Of a stretch of DNA of 64,000 bases, positions 10,204 to 21,286 are shown in pieces. The position numbers were made by a program, and so were the translations under genes. The DNA lies in the NCBI GenBank assembly GCA_000091205.1, contig AP006492.2; one strand, 5' to 3'. Source of the DNA: Cyanidioschyzon merolae. Taxonomy: Eukaryota. Numbering within the stretch: position 1 is the stretch's first letter; every line of letters begins with the position of its first letter. A model generated the notes under the pieces. That model was not told the origin of the DNA. It ran no database searches and saw nothing but the letters and a program-made list of their open reading frames with translations.

Positions 10204-11427
10204 ATGTGTATTAACGACCAACTGCCCGTCACGACACCGCCGTCACGAATTTTTCAAACGCCCACACCGGGTGCCAGCCCAACGTGCGCGCGCCGGCATA
10301 CGTGTGCCGCGGCACTTTGCGGCTTTCGCGTGAATGTCAACAGCGTGAGCGTGCAGAGCCTCCGCATGCGGCCAACGGAGAAAACCTTCCACTTTCGGCG
10401 CAGATCAGAGTCTCCCGCTGGGGGTGCTGCGAAGCTGCCCGCACGCTCGGACTCTGAGCAACGATCTTGCGGTGTCCAGAACGAAAACAGAGCCGTTGTA
10501 GTGGCGGGCGAGGCAGCGGCGACAAGCGTTTGCGCGGAGCCCTGCGCTGGTGACAAATCGTCTGTCGGTATCCAAAAGCGGCACGGTGAACAACAGTCAA
10601 CGGGTGTGGTGCGTGGACTCGAGGCAGTAGTCTCTGCGAACGGGTTGCTCTGTGAGCGTATTCCGCGCGACATAGCCCAGGAGGTGCGGCTGCTCCGTCT
10701 GTGCGAGTGGTTCGCGCTTGCCTCTCTTGACGGTTTCCGCCAGCGCCTCGTCGCCTCCCAGGACCTTTACCAGAAAACTGCAGGTCTTGAATGCGTATCT
10801 GAGAACGAGCTGTGCTGTTGTATTGCGCTCTTTGAGGGTGCGGTATCCACGTTCTTGAAAGACATAGAGGAGCGTTTTGTCACACCAAATCGCTTACTCA
10901 CCAGCGCGCCTCCAGATACTCCAGAATCTGAGGAGCGTCCACGTTTAGAGGAGCTGACCTTCGCCGATGTGAACAGGTTGTTGCAAAGACCAATGCGACC
11001 GAACAAACACAACCAGCGAATGCGCAAATCCCTCAGCGCCCTTACTGCACTTGAAGCTCTGTATGACCGTGAAATTGCTGGCTGGGAGGACGTTCAGAAT
11101 TTCCTGCACGATGAGAATCAAGAGGCTATGGAGTCGGATGAAGCATGCGCCCTTTCGCCCGTTGACTCGACGCAAACCGACCAGGCGCTGCATGATATAC
11201 GCGACCACCAAAAGCGTTTAGAGGAAAATATTCTACTCCATCTAGACCAGCTGGAGCGACATCTGCAGCGCCTGTTCCTCAGGTACCAAGCAGCTGATGA
11301 GTTCTGTCTCAGCACCGCGCGTCGTATTAACTCAGATGCATTCGCCGGCCTCGTCGACATCGGAGAGACCCGAAAACTGCTCGCGAATGCGCCATCAGCC
11401 GTCTGGCTAGAGCAAGCGGAAGCCTGA
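10204..11427 (+). CDS. Hypothetical protein (no recognisable domain)
   Basis: 407-aa ORF; acidic, coiled-coil-like C-terminal half. The probable real start is an internal Met; no family assigned. Confidence 0.3.
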   Translation: MCINDQLPVTTPPSRIFQTPTPGASPTCARRHTCAAALCGFRVNVNSVSVQSLRMRPTEKTFHFRRRSESPAGGAAKLPARSDSEQRSCGVQNENRAVVVAGEAAATSVCAEPCAGDKSSVGIQKRHGEQQSTGVVRGLEAVVSANGLLCERIPRDIAQEVRLLRLCEWFALASLDGFRQRLVASQDLYQKTAGLECVSENELCCCIALFEGAVSTFLKDIEERFVTPNRLLTSAPPDTPESEERPRLEELTFADVNRLLQRPMRPNKHNQRMRKSLSALTALEALYDREIAGWEDVQNFLHDENQEAMESDEACALSPVDSTQTDQALHDIRDHQKRLEENILLHLDQLERHLQRLFLRYQAADEFCLSTARRINSDAFAGLVDIGETRKLLANAPSAVWLEQAEA

Positions 11428-12628
11428 GCAAGGCATTTTACACGCGCCACATGATCAACACCAGTGTCGACATACGCTCCCGGTTTCACGCTCACGGTCT
11501 GTGGTGTGTTACCCACAAAAGTGGGCGGTGTTTCACGGGAACGATGAGCAAGCTACCGCCACTGATGAGCCTCAATCTCCACGTGCGTGTCACCAGGTTT
11601 AGTCGATGCCACTGCGCCGCGTCTACTGATATCACTGGCATTGCCCGCCGAGCGCCAAATGCTTGAAAGTAAAATGAGCTCAAGTGAGAATACGATGCCC
11701 TGGACCAATGAATGAGCGGGATTCGAATTGTTTTTCGTTGCGTCATAGACGGAATGGCAGAATTTAGCGAGTCGTCGAACCCGCGGCTCGCCAGCAGCGT
11801 CCGTGTTCATCATGAATGTACGCAGTCACGAGCTCGTTGCTCGCAAGCGATGTTCGCGCCACATTGGAACTGGAGACTCACGGACAATATGCTTCGGTTC
11901 GAGCCCACACTTCTATGCACGGAGCATGCCGGCAGTGTTTGTAGCTTCGATCCTACCTCTGTAAAAGGCTATCACTATGGTTTCCACCACGTTCCCGCTT
12001 TCACCTGCCAGGGAACGGAAACGACGACGACGCACCGGGGAACGCTGTCGCCTCCGAGCGTTGCCGCCACGCTCCAGACAGCATTGCAGAGAGTGCTTAC
12101 CCATCTCTCTCCTAGACAACGGTGTTGACTGATGAACCAGCCCCGAAACTCGTTTTTGTCCTGGATCCTGTGGACTCGGCTGCCGAATTGTGCTCGGATA
12201 GGTTAAACATCAAGTATCAGTGACGTCTGAAGCTCGACCTTGGCTCGAGCGTTTACCTTCTTTTGCACGGTACGTGCGGCACGTTGCTTCTCCCAAAGTG
12301 CATTCGTGCACGTGTCCTGCACAGCGTACTGGAGTCCGTTATTAGAAGAACGCTCTCAGGGAAACTCCTGCTCCATAGTCGCTTACAACCACCGGCTTAC
12401 GCGAAGAAGACGCCATGAAGGCAACGTATTTCTGACAGCTATAGTCGTTCACGTACGTGGTACAGTCCAATATAGTCAAATAAAGTTCAATACAGTATCG
12501 TACAGCCAAATTTAGTACAATAAAGAAAAAACATTCTAAACCCGTCTAATGCAGTACAGTCCAATGCCCTTTGGCGACGCGCGACTACAATCCATGCAAC
12601 CGCCATCGTATCGTATCGTATCTCAGTC

Positions 12629-13990
12629 ATGGAGCCGCAGACGGTTCAGGAGCTCGAGCTCTCCTACGGTGCTCGGGAGTTAATCCACAAGACAGCGGAA
12701 TTTGTCCGTAAGCACGCGGGTACGGATGTGGAGCAGCGGCTGCTGGCCCGCGAACCGAGCAAGTTTGCGTTTTTACAAGAGCAGCACCCCTGGCACAACG
12801 AATACCTCCGCGCCCTACTGGGCGAGGCTGCTGACGTTGTGACACCGCCCCAAGCAGACGCTTGTGCTGCGAAAGCGACTGGAAATGGCGATGTCATCAC
12901 TACAGTCACATCGGACGCAATCTCGTTTGAGCAATACCTTCCGTACAAAGATTTTTTCCCGGCGTTGCGATCAGCAAACCTGGTGCTCGCTCTGGGCGGT
13001 ACTCTTGAGGAGTGGCGAACGCGTCGACGCGAGCTGCTGTGTGCCCCTACAGCGTCAGAGCTGCAAGTGATGCGGCTGGTTGCGTCACACATGGCCCTGC
13101 GAGTGTTTTGCTCGGCCTTGCCGCCGCAACAGCGCGAGACCGAGGCTCCGGCGTCTGCGAGCCCTATCGCTGACGACTTGCGATGCTGCAGCGATATCTG
13201 TTCGGGGGAGAAGCGTGGACTCAGCTCGGAACTACAGCGGGAGCTTCTCAGTTTGCTGGAGAAACAACCACGTTTGCTCGCGTTCCTACTGCCCCAACAT
13301 GTTTATCATCCAATATTCCACCGGTTCCTCGAAGCGAGCGCAGATCTGCTGCACACGGCAGTCAATGGCGCTGCATTTGAATCGATGCTTGGAAAGCTTG
13401 AATCTTTCAAGGACGACGAATGGGCTGTGTTCGCTGCGGCACGACAATGGGTACCACGTGACCGGTATGCAGCGCCAGATTCTGGTGAGCAACTCACGTT
13501 TCATGAGCGTGTATCACGGGCTTTCGCACTTGGAGCAGTGAGGCGGCCTAGAAAGCTAGGAACCCTAGCGATAAGTGAGCGTATTCCCGAGCTTCAGCGC
13601 TTGTCGCAAGGCGTACCGCCGGTTGCAGCCAGGACGTCATACCCGAAATCGATACCAGCGCCAGGGAAGCGAAAGCCCAATATGGCCTCTGGACCTGCTG
13701 CTACTGGACAGCCGCCGTTCAAACGGAGCATGGTGACGCCACGAACATCGACAACGAGCCGCGTGGATGCTCGCGCATCCGCTACGTCGGTTCCCCAGCG
13801 ACCACACCATAGAGCGGAGACACAGGCCATTTCTGATCCCCGTGCCGCACCGTTGAGGCCGGAGCACCCGCGGACTCAGCAAACTCGTGGGTGGCAAAAC
13901 CAGTCGCCACGCGAAATGCAACGAGGTGGTAGTGCACAGCGGCGCCCGATGAACCCGTCGCCACCGTTTAACGGTCATCACACACGATAG
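12629..13990 (+). CDS. SURP-module splicing factor (SF3a120/Prp21- or SWAP-like)
   Basis: ATG at 12629. Two SURP-like motifs: 'ARELIHKTAEFVRKHAGTDVEQRLLAREPSKFAFLQEQHPWHNEYL' and 'LLAFLLPQHVYHPIFHRFL'. Pro/Arg/Ser-rich low-complexity tail. Confidence 0.55.
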   Translation: MEPQTVQELELSYGARELIHKTAEFVRKHAGTDVEQRLLAREPSKFAFLQEQHPWHNEYLRALLGEAADVVTPPQADACAAKATGNGDVITTVTSDAISFEQYLPYKDFFPALRSANLVLALGGTLEEWRTRRRELLCAPTASELQVMRLVASHMALRVFCSALPPQQRETEAPASASPIADDLRCCSDICSGEKRGLSSELQRELLSLLEKQPRLLAFLLPQHVYHPIFHRFLEASADLLHTAVNGAAFESMLGKLESFKDDEWAVFAAARQWVPRDRYAAPDSGEQLTFHERVSRAFALGAVRRPRKLGTLAISERIPELQRLSQGVPPVAARTSYPKSIPAPGKRKPNMASGPAATGQPPFKRSMVTPRTSTTSRVDARASATSVPQRPHHRAETQAISDPRAAPLRPEHPRTQQTRGWQNQSPREMQRGGSAQRRPMNPSPPFNGHHTR

Positions 13991-14971
13991 CTCGTGAAAA
14001 GCATAAGACAGTCAATCCGAATGGTATGCTTGTATCTGCAGTCATGAAGATAGGCCGCACGTTGTGTGGCCGCTCAAGGCGGGTACCCGCGCACTTGGTA
14101 TTTCGATGATTTTTCGGCATTGCTGGCTCGCCAAGATCACGAAATCCATACAAGCGAAAGGTTTCGCGGGTATCGCATCAACGCAAAGGCATCCAAGCTT
14201 TCGGCACAATCGGTTTACGGTGCTTTACGCTCCAAATGCGTTGCACTGCGGGTCGCATGCAAACACGACCAACGATGCACGATCGCAGACGTCTCAAATC
14301 CTTGCACAGGACGCTGTCGACAACCTGGGGCAGTGCTCCTAATTAGGCTTTCGAATTTCAGCTAGAAAAAGCTTCAGTCAACAAGTTTGGCATCGTATGC
14401 CTTTGCCAGTCAGGCCAAAGATACGGGTCCATTGAACGGGCTCGGGTTCAGCATTTTACCCGATATATAGGGTGCATCTGCGCGTTTCCTCGGATCCCAG
14501 CGCGACGACGAACCACAGCTGCTGATCCTCGTACGTGATGAGACGCAGACGCTGTCAATCGTTCCACAAAAAGCTCGCCACAACAACGCGCGCCTCCGCT
14601 GCATTTCAATGAGGTCCATGGTATACGCTGGGAAGAGCCTGTCCGCGAATGGACCCCGGCATCGTCGAGCAACGCTAGTCGATACCCGTCGACGCGTCAC
14701 CAGGTGCTTGTGTCATAGTGCGAGGTCCGTGGCGATGGCACATTCAGCGTCGCACGAGGCATTCTAGATAGAGTCGGCATGTAAGATCTTTGCTAAAGGG
14801 TACCAATCATCATTGCAGCTTGGAGGTAGTCTGGCCTGAAGCTAGTGTAGCATCGTCATCCATGGAGAGGCACGGCAGTCGCTCACCTGGTTGCTGACCG
14901 CCCTCGCGCTTCCAGGGGATGCTGTTTCAGTACATCCACCTGACTGCACGAAGAAATCGTCGCGTTGGGTG

Positions 14972-15664
14972 TTAGATCGGCGAGCCTGTGTCCGTCTCAC
15001 ATACGAACTTCATGGAGACGAGTTCCTCGATCCCGGCTTCGACGATGTCGCCGTGCAAGAGGGGCCCCACACCAGCTGGCGTGCCGGTTAGGATGATGTC
15101 GCCCTCCTCGAGGGTCATCCACCGCGAGGCGTAGTGCACGAGACTAGCGATATCGTGGACCATGTCGACAGTGCAACCACGCTGGCGAAGCTGCCCGTTA
15201 ACTTTCAGCCACAGCCACAGCCGTTGTGGATCATGCACCTCCTCACGTCGAATAAAGCGAGACATGGGCAGGAACGAGTCAGCGCTTTTCGCTAGTGTCC
15301 AGGGTAGTCCTTTGGCTTTCGCCTCGCGTTGCCAGCGTCGCGCTGTCACGTCTATGCAAACGAGGTACCCCGCAATGAACGAAAACGCTGCATCTCTAGG
15401 CACACGTTTGCACCTACGCGCTATGACAAGTCCTAGCTCAACCTCGTGCTCTGGCTCAGAGCCAATTGGCAGGAGGATCGGTCTCCCTTCGCGCAAATAG
15501 CACGTCGTAGGTTTCATGAAGAAAAACGGTTCCTGGGAAACACTAGGCACTTCATGACCCATTTCTTTAGCGTGCTCCACATAGTTTCGACCCACAGCAA
15601 GACATTTCTTGGAGATTTTCGATACCAGTGCGTCACCGAGTGCTCTCCTCGCTCGGGAGGCCAT
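14972..15664 (-). CDS. FAHD1-like fumarylacetoacetate-hydrolase-family protein (acylpyruvase/oxaloacetate decarboxylase type)
   Basis: ATG at 15664 ('MASRARRALGDALVSKISKKCLAVGRNYVEHAKEMG...'). Conserved FAH-fold blocks 'VGRNY..HAKEMG', 'EPFFFMKPTT', 'HEVELGLVI', 'GLPWTLAKSADSF', 'MTLEEGDIILTGTPAGVGPL'. The track ORF extends upstream to 15955 through a non-ATG start. Confidence 0.75.
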   Translation of the reverse strand: MASRARRALGDALVSKISKKCLAVGRNYVEHAKEMGHEVPSVSQEPFFFMKPTTCYLREGRPILLPIGSEPEHEVELGLVIARRCKRVPRDAAFSFIAGYLVCIDVTARRWQREAKAKGLPWTLAKSADSFLPMSRFIRREEVHDPQRLWLWLKVNGQLRQRGCTVDMVHDIASLVHYASRWMTLEEGDIILTGTPAGVGPLLHGDIVEAGIEELVSMKFVCETDTGSPI

Positions 15665-15995
15665 GAGCACCTGCCAAGCCTGGGCACTGTTCTCGCAGCG
15701 CTCAAGTGCGGCAGCGGCAACGGTATTGGCGCCAATGCAATGCAGCGCGCCTTGGCGGATATGCATTGAGTCATGAGCAGTCTCTTGTGGTAGAGGCACG
15801 TTGGTTGGGTATACACTGAAGTCTATACCGTCAGTCAGAAGGACAGCTGGTACGCGGTGCTGGCAAGCGAGTTGTGTGACGAGCATCGAGCACAAAAGCA
15901 CGCTGTCGGGGGGCTTGTTGGGAGTAGCGTGTCTTGACGTTCTGGACGCTTTCATCGACCTACGCTGACGGGCTGGTGACCCTCGGGTCTGGAAA

Positions 15996-17387
15996 ATGAC
16001 CCGCCGTTTGCGGACAAGTCGTAATTCCAGGGAGCAAAAGCCTCAGGCGAGCAGATCGCAGGCCGCACGGCACGGCGAGTCGACGACAAGTGACGCGTTG
16101 GCGTGCCTAGGTCCAGACGCGGACGATGCGTTCTTCGCTGCGCGCTCGCGGGGCGCTGGAACCCCAGCGAGTGCGCTGAACCCACCGAGCGACTGCGGCG
16201 AGCCCGAGCACCACGCCGAGGACCTGGATGCTGAGAATAGAGCACCAAGCGGGGACAGATTGCCTCCGGAAGGAGGACCAGGAGCCATGCAGAGCACCGG
16301 CGAACATGGGGTTTGTGCTGCACATTCACCAGAAACGCCTGCGGTGACCGCACCGACGTCTGCTGGCTCTTGGGATGCACTGGACGAGGACCAGCAACGG
16401 CACCTTGTATCAACAGTAACGCGCTTCCTACTTGTCCGTGAACAATCGCGCATACCCGTGTTGAAGCGGGACATAACAAGCCTCGTGGCTGAAACCCTTG
16501 GGGTGCCGGCTGGTCCTCGAGGTCGATTTCCAACCTGGCTCACGACACTGCGGAACGCTGCTCTGGAACGCGCCGCACAAATGCTTCTTTTTGATTTGGG
16601 CTTTCGGGTTCTTCAGGTGGGTCGTCTTCCGCTTGGCGAGCATGCGAGGGGTCGCACGCGACAGGCTGCTCGTGGTTTAACGCTGACCGTAGCCCCCTAT
16701 CACTTCTATCAGGAGAGATGTCTGGTCGAGGGAGCACCACCGTCGCTCGACGAAGCGCCGCCTGGAAACGATGGAATGCCCAGTGATCTACTCCTGCTCG
16801 TTTCGGACTTGCCCCCAAAGCTGCGCCCACAGCCGAGGAGCATTGCTTTTTCGGGATTGCTCATGGTGCTTGCATGTCTCTTTGGTCTTTCCGACACCGG
16901 AATGATACAAGAGAAAGAGCTTTTCAATAGTTTTGCGCGAATCGGCTTAATGACCGTCCACAACAATTCCCAAGCTACCCGTGAGGCAGCGCTTCCAGCG
17001 CATACGCACAACGGAGACTATGTGCCTGAAACGAACCCATTGCGAGGTGTGCCGGCGAATGACGCCGACCCCGATGCCACTGGAGCTGTCTCCGGCGACA
17101 ACGTCTGGTTCCATGGGTACCAGCGAAAAGCTGACATCCACAAACTCTTAACGCTCTATCTCCCAAAAATGCTCTATTTGCAACGCTTTCGATTGAATAT
17201 CGCGGATTCGGAATGGACATACGCTGCAGGTCCTCGCCTCAGAGCCGAGCTTCCACCGGAAAGTTTGTTCGAGCTCCTGTGCGAGTTCTTTGGCGAGGAT
17301 GCGGACGAAGGCGCTGCAACGAATCTACGGCGCCGTCTCCTACCAGATCAGCCCGTGATGCTGAATGCATCACGTGCCGAATCGTAG
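15996..17387 (+). CDS. MAGE-homology-domain protein (Nse3-like, SMC5/6 complex)
   Basis: ATG at 15996. Central segment 'QQRHLVSTVTRFLLVREQSRIPVLKRDITSLVAETLG...LLFDLGFRVLQV' matches the MAGE homology domain pattern ('V..LV.FLL.K.....PI.R.DI....'). Low-complexity N-terminus. Confidence 0.5.
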   Translation: MTRRLRTSRNSREQKPQASRSQAARHGESTTSDALACLGPDADDAFFAARSRGAGTPASALNPPSDCGEPEHHAEDLDAENRAPSGDRLPPEGGPGAMQSTGEHGVCAAHSPETPAVTAPTSAGSWDALDEDQQRHLVSTVTRFLLVREQSRIPVLKRDITSLVAETLGVPAGPRGRFPTWLTTLRNAALERAAQMLLFDLGFRVLQVGRLPLGEHARGRTRQAARGLTLTVAPYHFYQERCLVEGAPPSLDEAPPGNDGMPSDLLLLVSDLPPKLRPQPRSIAFSGLLMVLACLFGLSDTGMIQEKELFNSFARIGLMTVHNNSQATREAALPAHTHNGDYVPETNPLRGVPANDADPDATGAVSGDNVWFHGYQRKADIHKLLTLYLPKMLYLQRFRLNIADSEWTYAAGPRLRAELPPESLFELLCEFFGEDADEGAATNLRRRLLPDQPVMLNASRAES

Positions 17388-17488
17388 AAGGTGAATGGAT
17401 TCGGCAGCAGGTGCGCATCTGTGCCGAGTCTGCTTCGACGAATCGCTGCTTTTCTAGAGCTGTCAGTGCCCAGATGATCTGTTCGAGT

Positions 17489-18697
17489 CTAGGTCGCGTA
17501 GAGTACTTCAGCAGGCGAGTAATCGTCAAAAGCTCGCGGTGAGCGCCGATGCTCCAGTCGCAAGTGCTGGTGCACGTCCGGCCATACCTGCACACAATTT
17601 GGTCCATACGCTTCAGCAACAGCATGAACAGCTGTGTAGTACACCTGGTCAGTACGTACGAAGCACTTTTCACGGTTCAGGTGCGGTTTGCAAACGCGAT
17701 CAACGGGAGCGGCAGCACCTAGCCATGGCCTCCGGAGCGACGTCTGAGAGGCTTCGCTCCAGTTCAGAGCCGGTTCAATAACGTCGTAACGCCACCAGCA
17801 AGGCACTCGAACACTGCACAGGTTAATCGGTAGTTGTCTTTCAATGTCATCCAGCACATGCAGTACCGGGCTTTCCGGATTAGAGCGCAGCGCATTTTCG
17901 CTCGGAACGATGTACTCGTCCACATCTGCGAAAAGAATCCATTTGAATATGCCGCGATTCCGCCACAAACAATCGTTCATGGCTGCAATCTGAACATGAT
18001 TCCAGTGCACGCCCTTTGGTGGACGAAATGGCCACGCTATGATCGATACATTCGCAGGCACATCGGCGAGTCGCTCCGTCAATTCATCCCTAAGCTCCAT
18101 TATTCTGGAACCACAGGCATCCGGCTCATTGAGATAGATGAAAAAATTCCGAATGCCGACCCTTGTATGGTGTATGATCCACGACAGGAGGAGGCTCTGC
18201 GAAACGGAGCGTTCTACGTTGTTCGGCCGACGGTTCTCCTGAGACTCAGGGCGCAACCGCAGCATCGTCCAGGCAGCGAGATGTAACTGCTCGTTTGGAG
18301 CAGTTCCTTCGAAAGCATCGGCGTCTGGTTTGCACTGCAGAATGAGCACTTCGTTTTGCGGGTCTAGGCGTGGCGGGAGAACGCCACCGGGCGCACACCA
18401 CGTCGCTGCTGCTTGCTCTACAGTGCGCCGGTCCAGGGGCCCGCGAGCGCTCAAGACCAGCGTTTCAAGACCGTCACGTGACCGGAACCTGTCAAGGACG
18501 CGTAGCTTCGCGTAGGAGGTGATTCCTGTAGTCTCCTGGGTAAAACGGCATGCTTCTAGTATGGAAAGCGTGCGCTCGAGAGCATCGCCCGACCTGGAGT
18601 GAAGTAATACCAGGAGCGTCAGCAGCAGGACGCAACCGGACAGCAGTCTTCTCGGGAAACCTGTTCCAGACGCACCTCCGACACCAACAACAAACAT
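17489..18697 (-). CDS. Type II membrane glycosyltransferase, GT92 (DUF23)-like
   Basis: ATG at 18697 ('MFVVGVGGASGTGFPRRLLSGCVLLLTLLVLLHS' signal anchor). Luminal domain with a DxD-type motif in 'WILFADVDEYIVP', GT92-like. Its start codon lies inside sequence homologous to the Fanzor right end of copies A and C. Confidence 0.45.
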   Translation of the reverse strand: MFVVGVGGASGTGFPRRLLSGCVLLLTLLVLLHSRSGDALERTLSILEACRFTQETTGITSYAKLRVLDRFRSRDGLETLVLSARGPLDRRTVEQAAATWCAPGGVLPPRLDPQNEVLILQCKPDADAFEGTAPNEQLHLAAWTMLRLRPESQENRRPNNVERSVSQSLLLSWIIHHTRVGIRNFFIYLNEPDACGSRIMELRDELTERLADVPANVSIIAWPFRPPKGVHWNHVQIAAMNDCLWRNRGIFKWILFADVDEYIVPSENALRSNPESPVLHVLDDIERQLPINLCSVRVPCWWRYDVIEPALNWSEASQTSLRRPWLGAAAPVDRVCKPHLNREKCFVRTDQVYYTAVHAVAEAYGPNCVQVWPDVHQHLRLEHRRSPRAFDDYSPAEVLYAT

Positions 18698-21286
18698 CTC
18701 CCAAAAGAAAAACGTTGTGACCGCCAGTGGTGTACAGTAGTGGCGAGTGCTCCGCCTTAGACTAGACGTCGCCAACTGACGAGCTGATGCCTTCCAGTCT
18801 TTTTCGACCGGCCACCTACAACGGCTTCCAATTTTTTCTCATATAATCCCACTTTGAGTGGTTGTCCCTTAAAATTCTCTCTTGACAGCTGTGGAGGTTT
18901 TTTCTCCATCACCGCGCATCTCCTGATATTGATGGCGGTGTTAAAATCTCGGTTCACAAACTCCATACGTTTCTCGCCATTGTTGGTACTCACCAATGCA
19001 AGCAATCCTCGAACTTTCGCCATCCTTTCCATCTGCTCCTCCGTCAGCGGTCCGTATTTTCTTATCCTCAGGGCTCCTCATGCACATTCCTACCTCCACT
19101 CTCTGAAGTAGACACCCCAGCTCATGGTGTGTATACGACGTTCGAAACTCACCTACAGGTATTGTTACAAAGCGCCTTGCGCACTCCTTATACGCACTCG
19201 TCGTTGGAGCTGGCGTAGTTCCTTTTTGGGTCTTCCAGCGCCCTGCTCCGTATGCTACTACGAGCCTCTGACTTTTTTTATCCTCCTTCAAGGCGCTCAT
19301 CTGATTGAAAACGTTCGCAAATGCCCGCTGCCTCTCTCCGTATAGACTCATACGCAGACGAGCCCACCGGGGCATGGTATACTCCTTCCACAGTGCGTCC
19401 CAATGGGCAACGCGAACTTCCATGAATTTCCGAAAAGCAGTAAAGTCCGCTCCTCAGCTCGTGATCTCCCTCATAGCTTCGAGGTGATCCTTCATTCCTG
19501 CATTCCACCTCTCATTTGTCTTCCTTGCATTCATTATATCCGATTCTAGACAGTATCTCGCTCTCGAGAACCTCAAAAGACGCATGTCTTTCTGAGGTAA
19601 GTTGCCGTCAGTACCATCATCCGCACGCTTGGGAGCAGCGATGGTTATGATATTCGTATTCCCAGGGTCCGCGCCGACGACAAAGTCGTTATCTTGCACC
19701 TCCTGCGTCGCAAGATCCGCCTCCTTCTTTTCTGCATTCTTCGCCGCGCCAACGAAAGTCGTTATCCTGCACCTCCTGTGCCGCAGGATCCGCCTCCTTC
19801 TCACATTCATGGTTCGTCACGGGCGCAGCCGAGGGCGGGACTGGACGATCTCTCTTCAACCGCCGATAGTGTATACACAAGGCTACTCCATCGGTATCGA
19901 TCATCCCAGTGAGTACCTTTTGTTTGCTCACCCTCAGACGTTTGAAATCGAAGATATTCTTCCAGAACGTCTCCCGGTTTTCACCGTAGAATTCCTCCCT
20001 GCTAACATCGAACTCCGGACTGATCTCCTTCATGATGCCATGAAGGACTGCGGAGTCGATACTCACAAAATGTGACTTGATGGTGCACATCGGAACGATG
20101 TAGAAGCGCTTACCCATCAGGAAAGCCTTCCGTCTGTCCCAGTCTTCAGTTTTCCCCACTCAGCTTCATTTCTGCCTTGCGTTCGAGTTCTCGGTCCAGA
20201 AACACGAAATAACATAGGATGAGGCGATAGTATCTTCCCTTATCTTTTTCAACGCTGATATCTTGTCTGTTGGATTCGGCAGCCCCATGACTGCACGGTG
20301 CTCTTGTATATCCGCACGGATGACGGAGACCTTATTCGTGCTCTGGTTTGACGCCTTCTTGTCGACAAATTCGACGTCATCTTCACGCTTGCGATCGTTC
20401 GTGATGCCATTGATAATCGCTGATATTCCTTTGGGACAGATGCCCGGGTAGAGTGCAAACAAGGCGCGTATCATGTAACGTTCGAGGTTCACTGTCAAAT
20501 TGTTCTTCAGGTTCGCGGTATACTTTATCGCCCCGTATATGTAAATACCCCGGTCACCGCTTTATCGATTACTCTCGAGGCGGAATTCCGCCAAGTTTTC
20601 GTGGAGGGCATGCACTGGCTCATTTTCCCCCGCGCTTACTCTGTACCAAGCATCAGCTGACGAATAAACGTCGCATCGAAAACGCCGTCCGGGAACCTCG
20701 ACCGTTTCCATGTGCGTCACTTCGCGATACATCTCCCTCGCCAAATGCATCAGTCCTGACGAGGCCTTGACAATACTCTTGGAGTACGAGTCGATACGTT
20801 TTTCGATAGCGTTTCGCTAGTGTTCCCTGTAAGGATCCTTGATATGTTTAAGAAGAAAGGTTTTCACCAGCATCTCGTTGTACGGTTGTAGTTCTTGCGG
20901 CCATCGACTTGGGATATCCCCTTTTTGCGTTTTCTTCTTATGCTGTTCTTCTGAACTCGGTACTGTTTTTTTCTTTTCTGGCAGCCAGCGACACTGGGGC
21001 GTCAGGATCGCCGACTTGCTTTTTCATAACATCCTTTTTTTGTTTTTTTTTGAAAAGAACGCTCCATCAACGCCTCTGATATAGACCGCTAAATATCACT
21101 TGGATAAACTAAATTGAGCGTTGAAACATAATTGACCTGAAAAGTGTACTCTGTTATGACTTTAACGAATATACAACTTGTAATTGAGAGCAACACGCTC
21201 AAGATCGCGATCGCGTTTCCCTTCACCAACGACATGCGCGTGGTGTCTCATACCTGCCAGATATGGAGGTGCGCGTATCGACCGCT
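18672..21286 (-). mobile_element. Fanzor/TnpB-like element, copy B
   Basis: Right end about 18672, left end at 21286, where LINE sequence starts. Over roughly 18890-21040 it is about 98-99% identical to copy C (offset +10177). Its left end differs from the left ends of A, C and D. Confidence 0.6.
18757..20871 (-). pseudogene. Fanzor1/TnpB-like nuclease ORF, copy B (multiple frame breaks)
   Basis: Fragments align colinearly to copy A: N-terminus 'MLVKTFLLKHIKDPYREH*' (in-frame TAG), RuvC-I '[18 protein letters not shown]', Cys/His cluster, RuvC-III 'MEFVNRDFNTAINIRR', then a 60-aa extension ending '...VVGGRSKKTGRHQLVSWRRLV*'. Contains an internal ~57-bp tandem duplication ('QEVQDNDF' twice) and several in-frame stops. 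Confidence 0.6.
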
